Virus record (IMG/VR): IMGVR_UViG_3300017917_002434
Location: 205,731 to 269,730 of that record
DNA length: 64,000 bases
Strand: one strand, 5' to 3'
The notes beneath the pieces were generated by a model that searched no databases, was not told where the DNA came from, and worked only from the letters and a program-made list of their open reading frames with translations. The stretch's first letter is position 1; each line of letters starts with the position of its first letter. Positions 47,889-56,824 of this stretch are shown here, one piece after another. A program made the position numbers and the translations under genes.

Positions 47889-48177
47889 TCTTACACCGGG
47901 AGCGACTTATATCTATGAAAGAGATGGTAATACAGTTTATGCCAGAGAGATGGGTAAAACAGATCGCACTGTAATTGGTTATTCGTATGAAGGGGAAGCT
48001 AAGTTGAAAGACGTACAGAGAGAGGATACATTTCTAGGCCAACCTATGAGTGAAATTATGTTAATGGCTGCGATTCTAGAAGAATCTAAGACTAATTCGG
48101 CCTTGCGAGAAGAGGTAGAACGTGTTAAAATATTATATCATTTAGGCAAAAAAGATGGCGGACAAACTCGAACTTAA
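47881..48177 (+). CDS. Hypothetical protein
   Basis: GTG start with GGAG RBS; TYIYER.G.TVYARE motif. Confidence 0.65.
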   Translation: MGSLTPGATYIYERDGNTVYAREMGKTDRTVIGYSYEGEAKLKDVQREDTFLGQPMSEIMLMAAILEESKTNSALREEVERVKILYHLGKKDGGQTRT

Positions 48178-48628
48178 AACAGTACTAGCAGCGATAGATC
48201 TTGGTTCTAAAGAATCGTGGGATGAATTTTCAGATGAAGAAAAGAAATCTGTGGGATTCTTTTTACTCAATCGATATGTTAGCAATGTTAAAACTAACAA
48301 CCAAGATCTAGCAGAGCACTATTTGATTTTAGTAAATGAATTTGTAAACAAAAATTTCTATCTTATATCAAAACATCCTAAGTTGATGTGGCAATTGATG
48401 TGTGCGTGTAGTCACGATTCTAAAAAAATTCACTTCCACGAATGGATGGCATTGAAAAGGAAAAAAGACGATGGCGGCAAGAAAAGTCAGTTTCTACAAA
48501 CGATTTATCCTAATTCTAAAATTGATGACATACAGGTCTTGGCAGGTATGATGGATATCAAACAACTAAAACAGTTGGCCAGAGATCACGGGTATACGGA
48601 CAAGCAGATAAATGACCTTAAGCTATAA
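48155..48628 (+). CDS. Probable clamp-loader small subunit (T4 gp62-like)
   Basis: FFLLNRYVS..VNEFVNKN..HPKL.W pattern in a replication cluster. Confidence 0.5.
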   Translation: MADKLELKTVLAAIDLGSKESWDEFSDEEKKSVGFFLLNRYVSNVKTNNQDLAEHYLILVNEFVNKNFYLISKHPKLMWQLMCACSHDSKKIHFHEWMALKRKKDDGGKKSQFLQTIYPNSKIDDIQVLAGMMDIKQLKQLARDHGYTDKQINDLKL

Positions 48629-49295
48629 GTGCGGATATTGCGGTAAAGAGTTTACTAAAGAAAAAACTCTAACAGTACATGTCTGCGAGAAAAAAAGACG
48701 TCATCTAAGCAGGAATGAAAAACATGTTCAGGCTGCTCTTATCGCATATCAAAAATTTTATCAGATAGCACAGCGAGCCACAAAACAAAAAACTTTTGAA
48801 GAATTTGTTGACAGTCCCTATTATAACGCCTTTATAAAATTTGGTAGTTTTTTATCAAATGCTAATCCTATATATCCAGAGCAATATATCGAATGGGTGA
48901 TAAAAAGTGGAGTAAAATTAGATCATTGGTGTCGTGACGAATTGTATGATCAGTATCTTGTAGACTTAGTCAAAGGTGAGCCGGCAGACGGTGCCATACA
49001 ACGTACCATGAATACCATGCTGTCTTGGGCTGAGGAAAATAATGCCGAATGGGAACATTATTTTTTGTATGCGAACTTAAACAGAATAACGCAACATATT
49101 AGAGATGGGTTGATTAGTCCTTGGATTGTTTTAAACTGTAATAGTGGTCGAAAGATGTTAACGAAGTTAAATACCGAGCAGATCGAAATAATATCAACAG
49201 TACTAGATCCGGACCATTGGAATCGAAGATTTAAAAGCACACCCGGTGATCTTGAGCTAGTGAAAGAAATCATTAAAGAGGCTAAGATACCATAA
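48612..49295 (+). CDS. C2H2 zinc-finger-containing protein
   Basis: N-terminal CGYCGKEF..EKTL..HVC motif. Confidence 0.7.
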   Translation: MTLSYKCGYCGKEFTKEKTLTVHVCEKKRRHLSRNEKHVQAALIAYQKFYQIAQRATKQKTFEEFVDSPYYNAFIKFGSFLSNANPIYPEQYIEWVIKSGVKLDHWCRDELYDQYLVDLVKGEPADGAIQRTMNTMLSWAEENNAEWEHYFLYANLNRITQHIRDGLISPWIVLNCNSGRKMLTKLNTEQIEIISTVLDPDHWNRRFKSTPGDLELVKEIIKEAKIP

Positions 49296-49507
49296 TGAAA
49301 AAAGAAGAAATTACAGAAGATTTAGCCGAGAACGAAGAATACATTTCTCGAGACGATATTGACATTGAAGTTCGAGTGGACGAAGAAAATAACAGAGTTA
49401 TGGTATTATTTTCAGGTTTCAACGATGATGAAGATACACAAGAATACGCAGAATTTTTAGCATCAACATTACCTTTACTTCTATTTGAAAGCACGAGATT
49501 ACAGTAA
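49295..49507 (+). CDS. Small acidic hypothetical protein
   Basis: TAATG-coupled on both sides. Confidence 0.65.
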   Translation: MKKEEITEDLAENEEYISRDDIDIEVRVDEENNRVMVLFSGFNDDEDTQEYAEFLASTLPLLLFESTRLQ

Positions 49508-50085
49508 TGCCAGATATTGATATTGACTTTGAAGATCGTACGAAAGCACTAGCAGTACTCAAGCACATCAAAGCCAGTCGCTTAGATCGAGGAGAATTAG
49601 TTCCTCATAATACCGGTGTTTATCTTCACTCCGTTCCAATAGATGCGGGTAAGAATATATGCTCGATAGATCACGAAACCGCAGAAGAAAAAAATTATTT
49701 TAAGATAGATTTTTTGAATGTCAGTGTTTATAAAGATGTTAGAGATGAAGCACATCTTATTCAACTTATGGAGACAGAGCCACTATGGGATCTACTGGAA
49801 CAGGACGAATTCACGGATTTACTATTCCACGTAAATGGGTACGGGAACTTATTGAGACAGATGAAACCTCATTCTATAGAAGAATTGGCAATGTTGCTCG
49901 CTTTAATCCGCCCAGCGAAGAGACACCTCGTTGGGAAGAGCTGGACGGAGATTGGGACGACGATCTGGGAGAAACCGGAGAACGGTGAGTACTATTTTAA
50001 GAAAAGCCACGCTATAGCTTATGCTACAGCTATTGTGGTACAGATGAATCTAATCTGCGAAAAAGTCAGCTACGAGTTTAGTTGA
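49507..50085 (+). CDS. Miniature family-C (DnaE/Pol III alpha-like) polymerase core, 192 aa
   Basis: Ordered motifs PDIDIDF, HNTGVY, FKIDFLNV, LALIRP and FKKSHAIAY match the DnaE palm/finger motifs PDxDxDF, HAxGV, KxDFLGL, ALxRPG and FNKSHxxAY. Confidence 0.8.
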   Translation: MPDIDIDFEDRTKALAVLKHIKASRLDRGELVPHNTGVYLHSVPIDAGKNICSIDHETAEEKNYFKIDFLNVSVYKDVRDEAHLIQLMETEPLWDLLEQDEFTDLLFHVNGYGNLLRQMKPHSIEELAMLLALIRPAKRHLVGKSWTEIGTTIWEKPENGEYYFKKSHAIAYATAIVVQMNLICEKVSYEFS

Positions 50086-50460
50086 TTATTTTGAAGGCTT
50101 TCTAACCAGCGTTATAGATTTTCTTTTAACACGCTTGGTCATAATATCATTAAGACTAGTAACAGGTCCGAACATTACCTTTACATCTTTGGTACTGAAA
50201 TTTCTAATAATATATCTAAACTCTATCATTTCCTTTGATAAGAATATATTAATAGGAATCTGCCTATTTGATTCCCACCACCATATTTCGCCTAGTTCTA
50301 AAAACCTAGTTTTCTCTTTTTCGGAACGTAAAGAACTGTAATCGTAGATGCTGGTGATAGCGGCGTCTTGATTTATTATTATTCCTACATATTCTTGGTC
50401 CACATACGTTATTACGCTTATGAACGGAAAGTTTTCTTGTAAATGTTGACTAATTCTCAT
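50086..50460 (-). CDS. Hypothetical protein
   Basis: 124-aa ORF abutting the mini-DnaE tail-to-tail; WWWESNR motif. Confidence 0.7.
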   Translation of the reverse strand: MRISQHLQENFPFISVITYVDQEYVGIIINQDAAITSIYDYSSLRSEKEKTRFLELGEIWWWESNRQIPINIFLSKEMIEFRYIIRNFSTKDVKVMFGPVTSLNDIMTKRVKRKSITLVRKPSK

Positions 50461-50491
50461 CGATAAATACTAAATTATAGGGCCACTGAAT

Positions 50492-50953
50492 ATGCAGCTC
50501 AATCCGTGTTATTTATATTCGAATCGAATGGACATATATACTAATCTTGGCTCTTGGACAAAGGAGAGGTTTAGAAAAGTGTATCAACGAACAATGAAAA
50601 TCTATAAGGGCGTGGATAATCGTCTAGACTTCCAAGTCCGCAATAACGACAATAAGCCTAAGGATATCACCGATCTAACCAGTGTTACTTTTAATATAGT
50701 AGCAGTAGATACAAAAGGTATCCAATTACAAAAAGCAGTTACTATCGAAACGCCAGCACAGGGTAAAATGTTTGTACTCCTAACTGAAGAAGAAATCCAG
50801 GATTTAGAACGTGGGTACTATCATTTCAGCATGTTTTATATTGATAGTGATGGTAATAGGTTCCCATTATACGGAGACAGCCAGTATGATGCTTTGGGAC
50901 AATTACACGTAATCGATGGTGCTTTTGATATTGACAGCACGACTGTAATCTAG
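50492..50953 (+). CDS. Ig-like/BppU-like structural protein
   Basis: Late box TAAATA at 50464; beta-sandwich-like pattern (LDFQVRN..KDIT..GKMFVLLT..GYYHFS). Confidence 0.45.
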   Translation: MQLNPCYLYSNRMDIYTNLGSWTKERFRKVYQRTMKIYKGVDNRLDFQVRNNDNKPKDITDLTSVTFNIVAVDTKGIQLQKAVTIETPAQGKMFVLLTEEEIQDLERGYYHFSMFYIDSDGNRFPLYGDSQYDALGQLHVIDGAFDIDSTTVI

Positions 50954-50959
50954 TATAAT
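50931..50959 (+). promoter_or_regulatory. Consensus sigma70 promoter (leaderless) for primase
   Basis: TTGACA-17 bp-TATAAT; ATG 6 nt downstream at 50966. Confidence 0.85.
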
Positions 50960-50965
50960 TAGTCT

Positions 50966-51973
50966 ATGGCTCTGGTCGTAGACATCTTTCAAAAACATCT
51001 TCCTTATAAAAAGAAGCAAACTCCCAGCGGATGGATCAGTTTTGATGCTCCGTGTTGTCATCATCGGGGTGAAGGCACTGATACTAGACAGCGGGGTGGA
51101 GTGAAATTTTCTGACGGTTTAGTATTCAATTGTTTTAATTGTGGATATACTGCCAGTTGGAAACCGGGTAGACAGATCAGTCAAAAATTACGACAGTTAA
51201 TGATTTGGTTGGGTGCTCCTGACGATGATATCAACATGATGGTGTTTGAAGCACTGAAAACAGAAAGCGGTGCTGAAGATACTACCAAAGATCGAGAATT
51301 AATTGATTTCGTTAATAAAGATCTTCCAGACGGTGCTTTACCCATATCAGAGTGGATTGATCAAGAAATAGGTCACGATCTCGAAATACAGTTAGCTGAG
51401 GTGGTAAGTTATCTAGTAGATCGAGGTTGCGATCCATTAGATGATAGATTTTATTGGACTCCTATTGATATCAAAGATAGAGTTATCATACCCTTTACCT
51501 ATGGTGGCAGAATCGTCGGTTGGACTGCTAGAAAAGTTAAAGAAGGCAAACCAAAATATCTGTCAGACCAACATCCTAACTTTGTTTTTAATCTAGATTC
51601 AATCAAACAAGATCAACGATATCTTTTCGTAGTCGAAGGTCCTTTTGATGCTATGGCTGTCAACGGCGTAGCACTACTACACAACGAAATATCAGAAAAT
51701 CAAGCAAGGCTGATAAACAAGATGGGCAAAGAAGTTATAGTAATTCCAGATCAAGACAAAGCAGGTAGTAAACTTATAGAACATGCCTTGAAGTGGGATT
51801 GGGCTGTGGCATTTCCTACATGGCATGATGATGTTAAAGATTGTTCAGATGCTGTAAGGAGGTATGGTAGTTTGTTTGTAGCTGTAGATGCCATCTCAAC
51901 TGCTCAGCAAGGTGCGATTCGGATAAATTTATATAAGAACAAATTTGATAAAAAGGTACAGGAAAATGTTTAG
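50966..51973 (+). CDS. gp61: DNA primase (T4 gp61-like; Zn finger + TOPRIM)
   Basis: CC..CFNC Zn finger; TOPRIM VEGPFDA and PDQD motifs. Confidence 0.88.
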   Translation: MALVVDIFQKHLPYKKKQTPSGWISFDAPCCHHRGEGTDTRQRGGVKFSDGLVFNCFNCGYTASWKPGRQISQKLRQLMIWLGAPDDDINMMVFEALKTESGAEDTTKDRELIDFVNKDLPDGALPISEWIDQEIGHDLEIQLAEVVSYLVDRGCDPLDDRFYWTPIDIKDRVIIPFTYGGRIVGWTARKVKEGKPKYLSDQHPNFVFNLDSIKQDQRYLFVVEGPFDAMAVNGVALLHNEISENQARLINKMGKEVIVIPDQDKAGSKLIEHALKWDWAVAFPTWHDDVKDCSDAVRRYGSLFVAVDAISTAQQGAIRINLYKNKFDKKVQENV

Positions 51974-52058
51974 ATTATATAGAAAATTTAGAGATTGGTT
52001 GCTCTATCGAAAACGTATCAAAGAGCTTCGTAAAAGAGATCCATTTATCTACAAATGA
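51966..52058 (+). CDS. 30-aa basic micropeptide (MFRLYRKFRDWLLYRKRIKELRKRDPFIYK)
   Basis: Hand-translated and missed by the ORF track; overlaps the primase stop and is ATGA-coupled to the next gene. Confidence 0.7.
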   Translation: MFRLYRKFRDWLLYRKRIKELRKRDPFIYK

Positions 52059-52981
52059 TTACCTGGGGAATCAATGCCTTAAATCACGATATCAGCATCG
52101 CGGTCTTTGAAGGCAAACATTTAAAAAAATTTGAAACGGTTAAAGGTAAAGATACCGACCACGATATTATCAAAAGGTCTCTAAATGCCTCTAGCGGTCA
52201 TGGGCCTAGTGTTATCGCATGGTATGAACGACCATGGATAAAGAAGACACGTCAGTTATATGCCGGTCAATATAACGCAGCCTTTGACATGAGCGTAGTA
52301 CCTCGATTATGGCTGAAACGCAATAACTTAGGATATGCCAAAGTAAAATACTTTCCACACCACAAGAGTCACGCCGCAGCTGGTTTTCTAACTAGTCCGT
52401 TTGATAAAGCCACTGTGGTTGTATTAGATGCTATGGGAGAGTGGGAATCTGCTACAATCTGGTATGGGCACGGAACTGAGCTAAAAAAGATATGGAGTAG
52501 AAGTTACCCAAACAGTCTAGGTATATTTTATTCTGCCTTTACTCAACTAATAGGTTATAAACCTGTATCCGAAGAATACTTGTTACAGCAAGACAGCGAA
52601 AAAGGTGATCCAAAAAAATACTACGAGTTAGTTAAAAATTATTTTAATGGCGTTGTTAGTCTTCGATATAATTTACACTGTGGCGTATTAGATTGGCCTT
52701 GGCCTATAGTGACTAATCAAGATAAATGGGATATAGCTGCCGCTGTCCAATGTGTATTCGAAGAACAAGCAGACATGGTGATGTTGATCGCTAGGAGATT
52801 ATCAGAAAGTAGAAATCTCGTTTATATGGGCGGCTGTGCTATGAACAGCAAATACAATAGATATCTCAGCACACAATGGGATAATGTTTGGTCATTACCT
52901 AATACTGGTGATCCTAGCAGTGCTATAGGTGCTGCTCTTTTACATCTCGATACCAGGATAACATTACCCAAAGATCTATGA
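52055..52981 (+). CDS. Carbamoyltransferase N-terminal (Kae1-like) domain only
   Basis: NHD.S, HHKSHAAAGF, VLDAMGE, SLGIFYS, GGCAMN and GDPSSAIGAA motifs; stops before the C-terminal domain. Confidence 0.85.
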   Translation: MITWGINALNHDISIAVFEGKHLKKFETVKGKDTDHDIIKRSLNASSGHGPSVIAWYERPWIKKTRQLYAGQYNAAFDMSVVPRLWLKRNNLGYAKVKYFPHHKSHAAAGFLTSPFDKATVVVLDAMGEWESATIWYGHGTELKKIWSRSYPNSLGIFYSAFTQLIGYKPVSEEYLLQQDSEKGDPKKYYELVKNYFNGVVSLRYNLHCGVLDWPWPIVTNQDKWDIAAAVQCVFEEQADMVMLIARRLSESRNLVYMGGCAMNSKYNRYLSTQWDNVWSLPNTGDPSSAIGAALLHLDTRITLPKDL

Positions 52982-54144
52982 CAAAATGTGTAAATGCTTA
53001 TATGAATCTCAGCGTTCATCCAAATGGTGTAGTAAAGCCATGTTGTATGAGCAGAAAGATTTTCGTAACAGATGATAAAAAACAATCACTGGAATCAGCT
53101 AAGATCAAAGATTTTTGGCAGAGCAAGGATCGACAATCTTTTATACAGAGATTAGAGCAAGGCGAACAGTTATCAGAATGTTCTAGTTGCTGGGCCGAAG
53201 AACGAGCAGGAAAAAAATCTAAACGGTTGCGTGACAACGAGCTGTGGGGCGAAAATAATTTCGATGCCAGCAGCCAACCAGTGGTGCTAGATATCAGCAT
53301 GGACAATCTATGTAATCTACGCTGTCGCATCTGTGGGCCTGAAAATTCCAGTCAATGGCAAGCTGAAGAATCTAAAAGACTAGGCGATAAAATGCCTAAG
53401 ATGTTTAAAGTAAAAGACCAATGGCAAGAATTAATAGATTTCAGCAAATCAGTACAGCACATTGATTTCAGCGGTGGAGAACCATTCTATATCGACAACC
53501 ATTGGAAATTATTAAAGCATTTGGTAGAAAATGGTCGTAGCCGCAGTATAAGTCTACACTACAACACCAATGGAACAATATTTCCTAAAGAAAACATAGA
53601 GTTATTAAATCAGTTTAAATCTGTAGATATACAGATCAGTACAGACGGTATTGATAAAAAATTTGAATATCTACGACATCCTGCTGTATGGGATGAACAT
53701 GTGTCTAATATAGAAGAATTTAAAAAGCAAAACTGGAAGATAGGTGTGTGTTTTAGTCTCAGCGTGTTCAATGTCAACGATGTATTTGAAACCTATGAAT
53801 TCTATAGATCCAAAGGACTTAGTTTTTATCTCAACATAGTACACGGCGATCACAGTGTACAGATAATGCCTAGAGACCTAAGAAATCAGATTATTAGAAA
53901 ATTAGAATCCTGCCATAGCAGAGTAGATCAGAAAGATTGGGATGAAAATAAATCGGTGATCGTAGGCTATCTAAACAGTCCCTTTGACCTTAGTTGGAAA
54001 TGGCAGACATTTTGGCAGGCTACTTATAATCGCGATCAATTGCGGCAGCAGAATTATACTGAAGTGTTTCCTGAGACTTGGAAGATGGTAGAGCCTTGGC
54101 TTGCTAGTACTAGAATAAGAGTGTATAATATTAATAATGTATAA
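52978..54144 (+). CDS. Radical SAM protein with N-terminal SPASM/twitch-like domain
   Basis: CNLRCRIC (CxxxCxxC), GGEPF and NTNGT motifs; N-terminal C..PCC..CSSC. Confidence 0.9.
   Translation: MTKCVNAYMNLSVHPNGVVKPCCMSRKIFVTDDKKQSLESAKIKDFWQSKDRQSFIQRLEQGEQLSECSSCWAEERAGKKSKRLRDNELWGENNFDASSQPVVLDISMDNLCNLRCRICGPENSSQWQAEESKRLGDKMPKMFKVKDQWQELIDFSKSVQHIDFSGGEPFYIDNHWKLLKHLVENGRSRSISLHYNTNGTIFPKENIELLNQFKSVDIQISTDGIDKKFEYLRHPAVWDEHVSNIEEFKKQNWKIGVCFSLSVFNVNDVFETYEFYRSKGLSFYLNIVHGDHSVQIMPRDLRNQIIRKLESCHSRVDQKDWDENKSVIVGYLNSPFDLSWKWQTFWQATYNRDQLRQQNYTEVFPETWKMVEPWLASTRIRVYNINNV
54101..54129 (+). promoter_or_regulatory. sigma70-type promoter (leaderless)
   Basis: TTGCTA-17 bp-TATAAT; ATG 7 nt downstream at 54137. 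Confidence 0.7.
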
Positions 54145-54829
54145 GTGGAATGATATTGTTGTTGTAGGTGACAGTTTCTGTGCGGCACGAAGTGTGCCTA
54201 ATCACTGGCCCTATAGATTAGCCAATCTAATCACTGGCGAAGATCCCGGCCCTAAGCGACCTGTGAGAGGACACGGATGGGGTGGTGCCAGTTGGTGGGC
54301 AGTCAAAAAACAGTTGCCTTTTTATCTCAAAGCAGGACCTAAGATTCTAGTAGTGTGCCATACAGAGCCTATGAGATTACCCAACGATAGAAACAAACCC
54401 ATAGGATTAGCCACAGCCGAAGCAGATAATCCTGACACCGTAGAGAACACCGATTTCGCTCTGTACGAAGCTGCTAGACAATATTATAGAAATCTGTTCT
54501 GCGAAGACTTTCATCTATGGTCACAGGAGCAATGGTTTAAAGAACTAGACGATCTAGTTGATAGTACTGCTAGCCTTGAACAGGTTTATCACCTACACTG
54601 TTTCCGCGGTAAATGGAACCGGTATCCGTTCAGACGCGGTGTGAGATTTTTAGATAATCTGTTTCACTACGCTGAACCTAGTGACAAAGATTATCAGGGC
54701 AATGAAAATCATAATCATTTTGATTCTGCCAATAATCATAGGTTGGCTCAACAACTAGCAGAGCTGATTAAAAATTATCCCGGGGACGGGCATGTGGTAA
54801 GTAAATTTACTCTCAAAGAAAAACGATGA
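54137..54829 (+). CDS. SGNH/GDSL-like hydrolase or acyltransferase
   Basis: VVGDSF nucleophile motif and a C-terminal NHF. Confidence 0.6.
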   Translation: MYKWNDIVVVGDSFCAARSVPNHWPYRLANLITGEDPGPKRPVRGHGWGGASWWAVKKQLPFYLKAGPKILVVCHTEPMRLPNDRNKPIGLATAEADNPDTVENTDFALYEAARQYYRNLFCEDFHLWSQEQWFKELDDLVDSTASLEQVYHLHCFRGKWNRYPFRRGVRFLDNLFHYAEPSDKDYQGNENHNHFDSANNHRLAQQLAELIKNYPGDGHVVSKFTLKEKR

Positions 54830-56250
54830 CTAAGAATTACGATTACGACGTACAGAAATTATATCTAGAAATGATGTTGGCAGATGCTGAAACATTCGTT
54901 CGCTGCCAAGGTATTTTCGACAGTACTCTGTTTGATAGAAAACTACAAGAAGCCGCAGAATTCGTACACAAATACGCAGAGCAGTATACAGTATTGCCAG
55001 AGTTTGAGATGGTCAATGCCAGTTGTGGCACAGATCTAAAAGACCCCGGAGAGCTCAAAGATGGACACTTAGATTGGCTCATGGATGAATTTGAACAGTT
55101 TACTCGTCATAAGAGTCTAGAACGTGCTATCATTGAATCGGCTGATCTATTAGAAAAACATGACTATGGTCAGGTAGAAGCTAAGATCAAAGAAGCTGTA
55201 CAGATTGGTCTGGCTCGAGACATGGGCACAGATTATTTCGCTGATCCTAGAGCACGTCTGATGGGACTCAAAGACAAGAATGGGCAGGTCAGTACAGGTT
55301 GGTCCAGCATGGATCGTAAACTGTTTGGCGGCATGAATCGTGGAGAACTGAATATCTTCGCAGGCGGATCTGGTGCTGGTAAAAGTCTGTTCTTAGCCAA
55401 CCTTGGAGTGAACTGGGCGTTGAATGGTATGAACGTGATATACCTAACACTGGAACTTTCAGAAGCATTGGTCAGTATGCGTATCGATTCTATGCTCACA
55501 GGTGTGCCCACTAAAGAGATCTTTAGAAACATCGATGACATCGAGATGAAGGTCAAACTCGTGGGCAAGAAAGCAGGACTATTCCAAGTCAAATACATGC
55601 CATCAGGTAAGACTGTCAACGACATACGTGCTTATATCAAAGAATATGAGATCAAAGTTGGACGTCGTGTAGATGTGTTGTTAGTGGATTATATGGATCT
55701 ATTGATGCCTATCTCTAAGAAGATTTCGCCAGCGGACCTGTTTATCAAAGACAAATTCGTATCAGAAGAACTGCGTAATCTAGCCATGGAGAAACAGTGT
55801 GTGTTCGTTACAGCGGCACAGTTGAATCGTGGGGCTGTTGAAGAAGTAGAATTTGATCACAGCCACATTTCAGGTGGTTTGTCAAAGATCCAGACAGCAG
55901 ACAACGTGTTTGGTATCTTTACCAGCCGTGCTATGCGTGAGCGTGGTCGCTATCAATTACAGCTGATGAAGACTCGTAGTTCAAGCGGTGTAGGACAAAA
56001 GATAGATCTAGAGTACAATATCGAGACACTGAGAATCACTGATCTACCAGAGGATCAGCAGGAACAGGAAAGCCAGATGCGTAGCAGCCAGATCATCAAT
56101 CAGATCAAATCACGCACCAGCACAGTGGTAGACGAAGATGGCGTCATAGATCCCAATCGCGGCAGCAGTCTAACACCCGCACCCAAGGCCATAGTAGAAA
56201 GCACCAAACTCAAACAGTTTATCAATAACCTAACACAAGATGAAGAGTAA
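54826..56250 (+). CDS. gp41: Replicative DnaB-like helicase (T4 gp41-like)
   Basis: Walker A GGSGAGKS, TLELSE, VDYMDL, AAQLNR and QLMKTR motifs. Confidence 0.93.
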   Translation: MTKNYDYDVQKLYLEMMLADAETFVRCQGIFDSTLFDRKLQEAAEFVHKYAEQYTVLPEFEMVNASCGTDLKDPGELKDGHLDWLMDEFEQFTRHKSLERAIIESADLLEKHDYGQVEAKIKEAVQIGLARDMGTDYFADPRARLMGLKDKNGQVSTGWSSMDRKLFGGMNRGELNIFAGGSGAGKSLFLANLGVNWALNGMNVIYLTLELSEALVSMRIDSMLTGVPTKEIFRNIDDIEMKVKLVGKKAGLFQVKYMPSGKTVNDIRAYIKEYEIKVGRRVDVLLVDYMDLLMPISKKISPADLFIKDKFVSEELRNLAMEKQCVFVTAAQLNRGAVEEVEFDHSHISGGLSKIQTADNVFGIFTSRAMRERGRYQLQLMKTRSSSGVGQKIDLEYNIETLRITDLPEDQQEQESQMRSSQIINQIKSRTSTVVDEDGVIDPNRGSSLTPAPKAIVESTKLKQFINNLTQDEE

Positions 56251-56476
56251 AGCAGTAGAGCTATTGAAGTGGTTACCTCAAGAAGAAGAAAACATCGAAA
56301 TTGACTGGCCCAAAGTACACAAGACCATAGGTTTGGATCAGACCCAGTGGTTGCTCAAACAGTCACGATACGACTGCCAGATCATACTGGAACGCAGAGA
56401 CGTTTACTGTCGTTTGATCGCTGAATTTTACAACGAACATACATTATTAAATTATCAGCTAAAGTGGGCTAAATAA
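56240..56476 (+). CDS. Hypothetical protein
   Basis: 78-aa ORF overlapping the helicase stop. Confidence 0.6.
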   Translation: MKSKAVELLKWLPQEEENIEIDWPKVHKTIGLDQTQWLLKQSRYDCQIILERRDVYCRLIAEFYNEHTLLNYQLKWAK

Positions 56477-56479
56477 TGG

Positions 56480-56824
56480 ATGCGTGCAAAAGAATTTATC
56501 ACTGAACGTACTTTCCCCCAGCGTAAAAGCTCGGTGATGAGTACCACATTCCATTTTCCTACCATGCCCTCTGCTAACCCCTATGCTGCCTATAGATTTG
56601 GCATGGCCATGGCAGATCACACTCTGACCTACCCGGAAGGCCCTGTGAGCAATCATGCTGTGATAGTAGCATATACTCCTGAAGAGGAAGAGATCATCAA
56701 AGGTGCTACTCGCCAGACTGGGCACAAGGGCAAATTAGCCGCAGATCGTGGCAGTCATGAGCCCCAGGATACCTATACGCAGAGCCCTGTAGCCCAAAGA
56801 AAAAAGAACAAGTACGGAGTCTAG
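56480..56824 (+). CDS. Small protein with capsid-targeting-like N-terminus
   Basis: Starts MRAKEFITE; TAAATA 4 nt upstream. Confidence 0.7.
   Translation: MRAKEFITERTFPQRKSSVMSTTFHFPTMPSANPYAAYRFGMAMADHTLTYPEGPVSNHAVIVAYTPEEEEIIKGATRQTGHKGKLAADRGSHEPQDTYTQSPVAQRKKNKYGV

Noticed and set aside
49295-50460. Mini-DnaE as a pseudogene or frameshifted remnant of a full polymerase
   Set aside because: The upstream 70-aa ORF shows no PHP motifs, the downstream gene is on the opposite strand and abuts the stop, and internal regions between motifs are shortened while all motifs are kept in frame.
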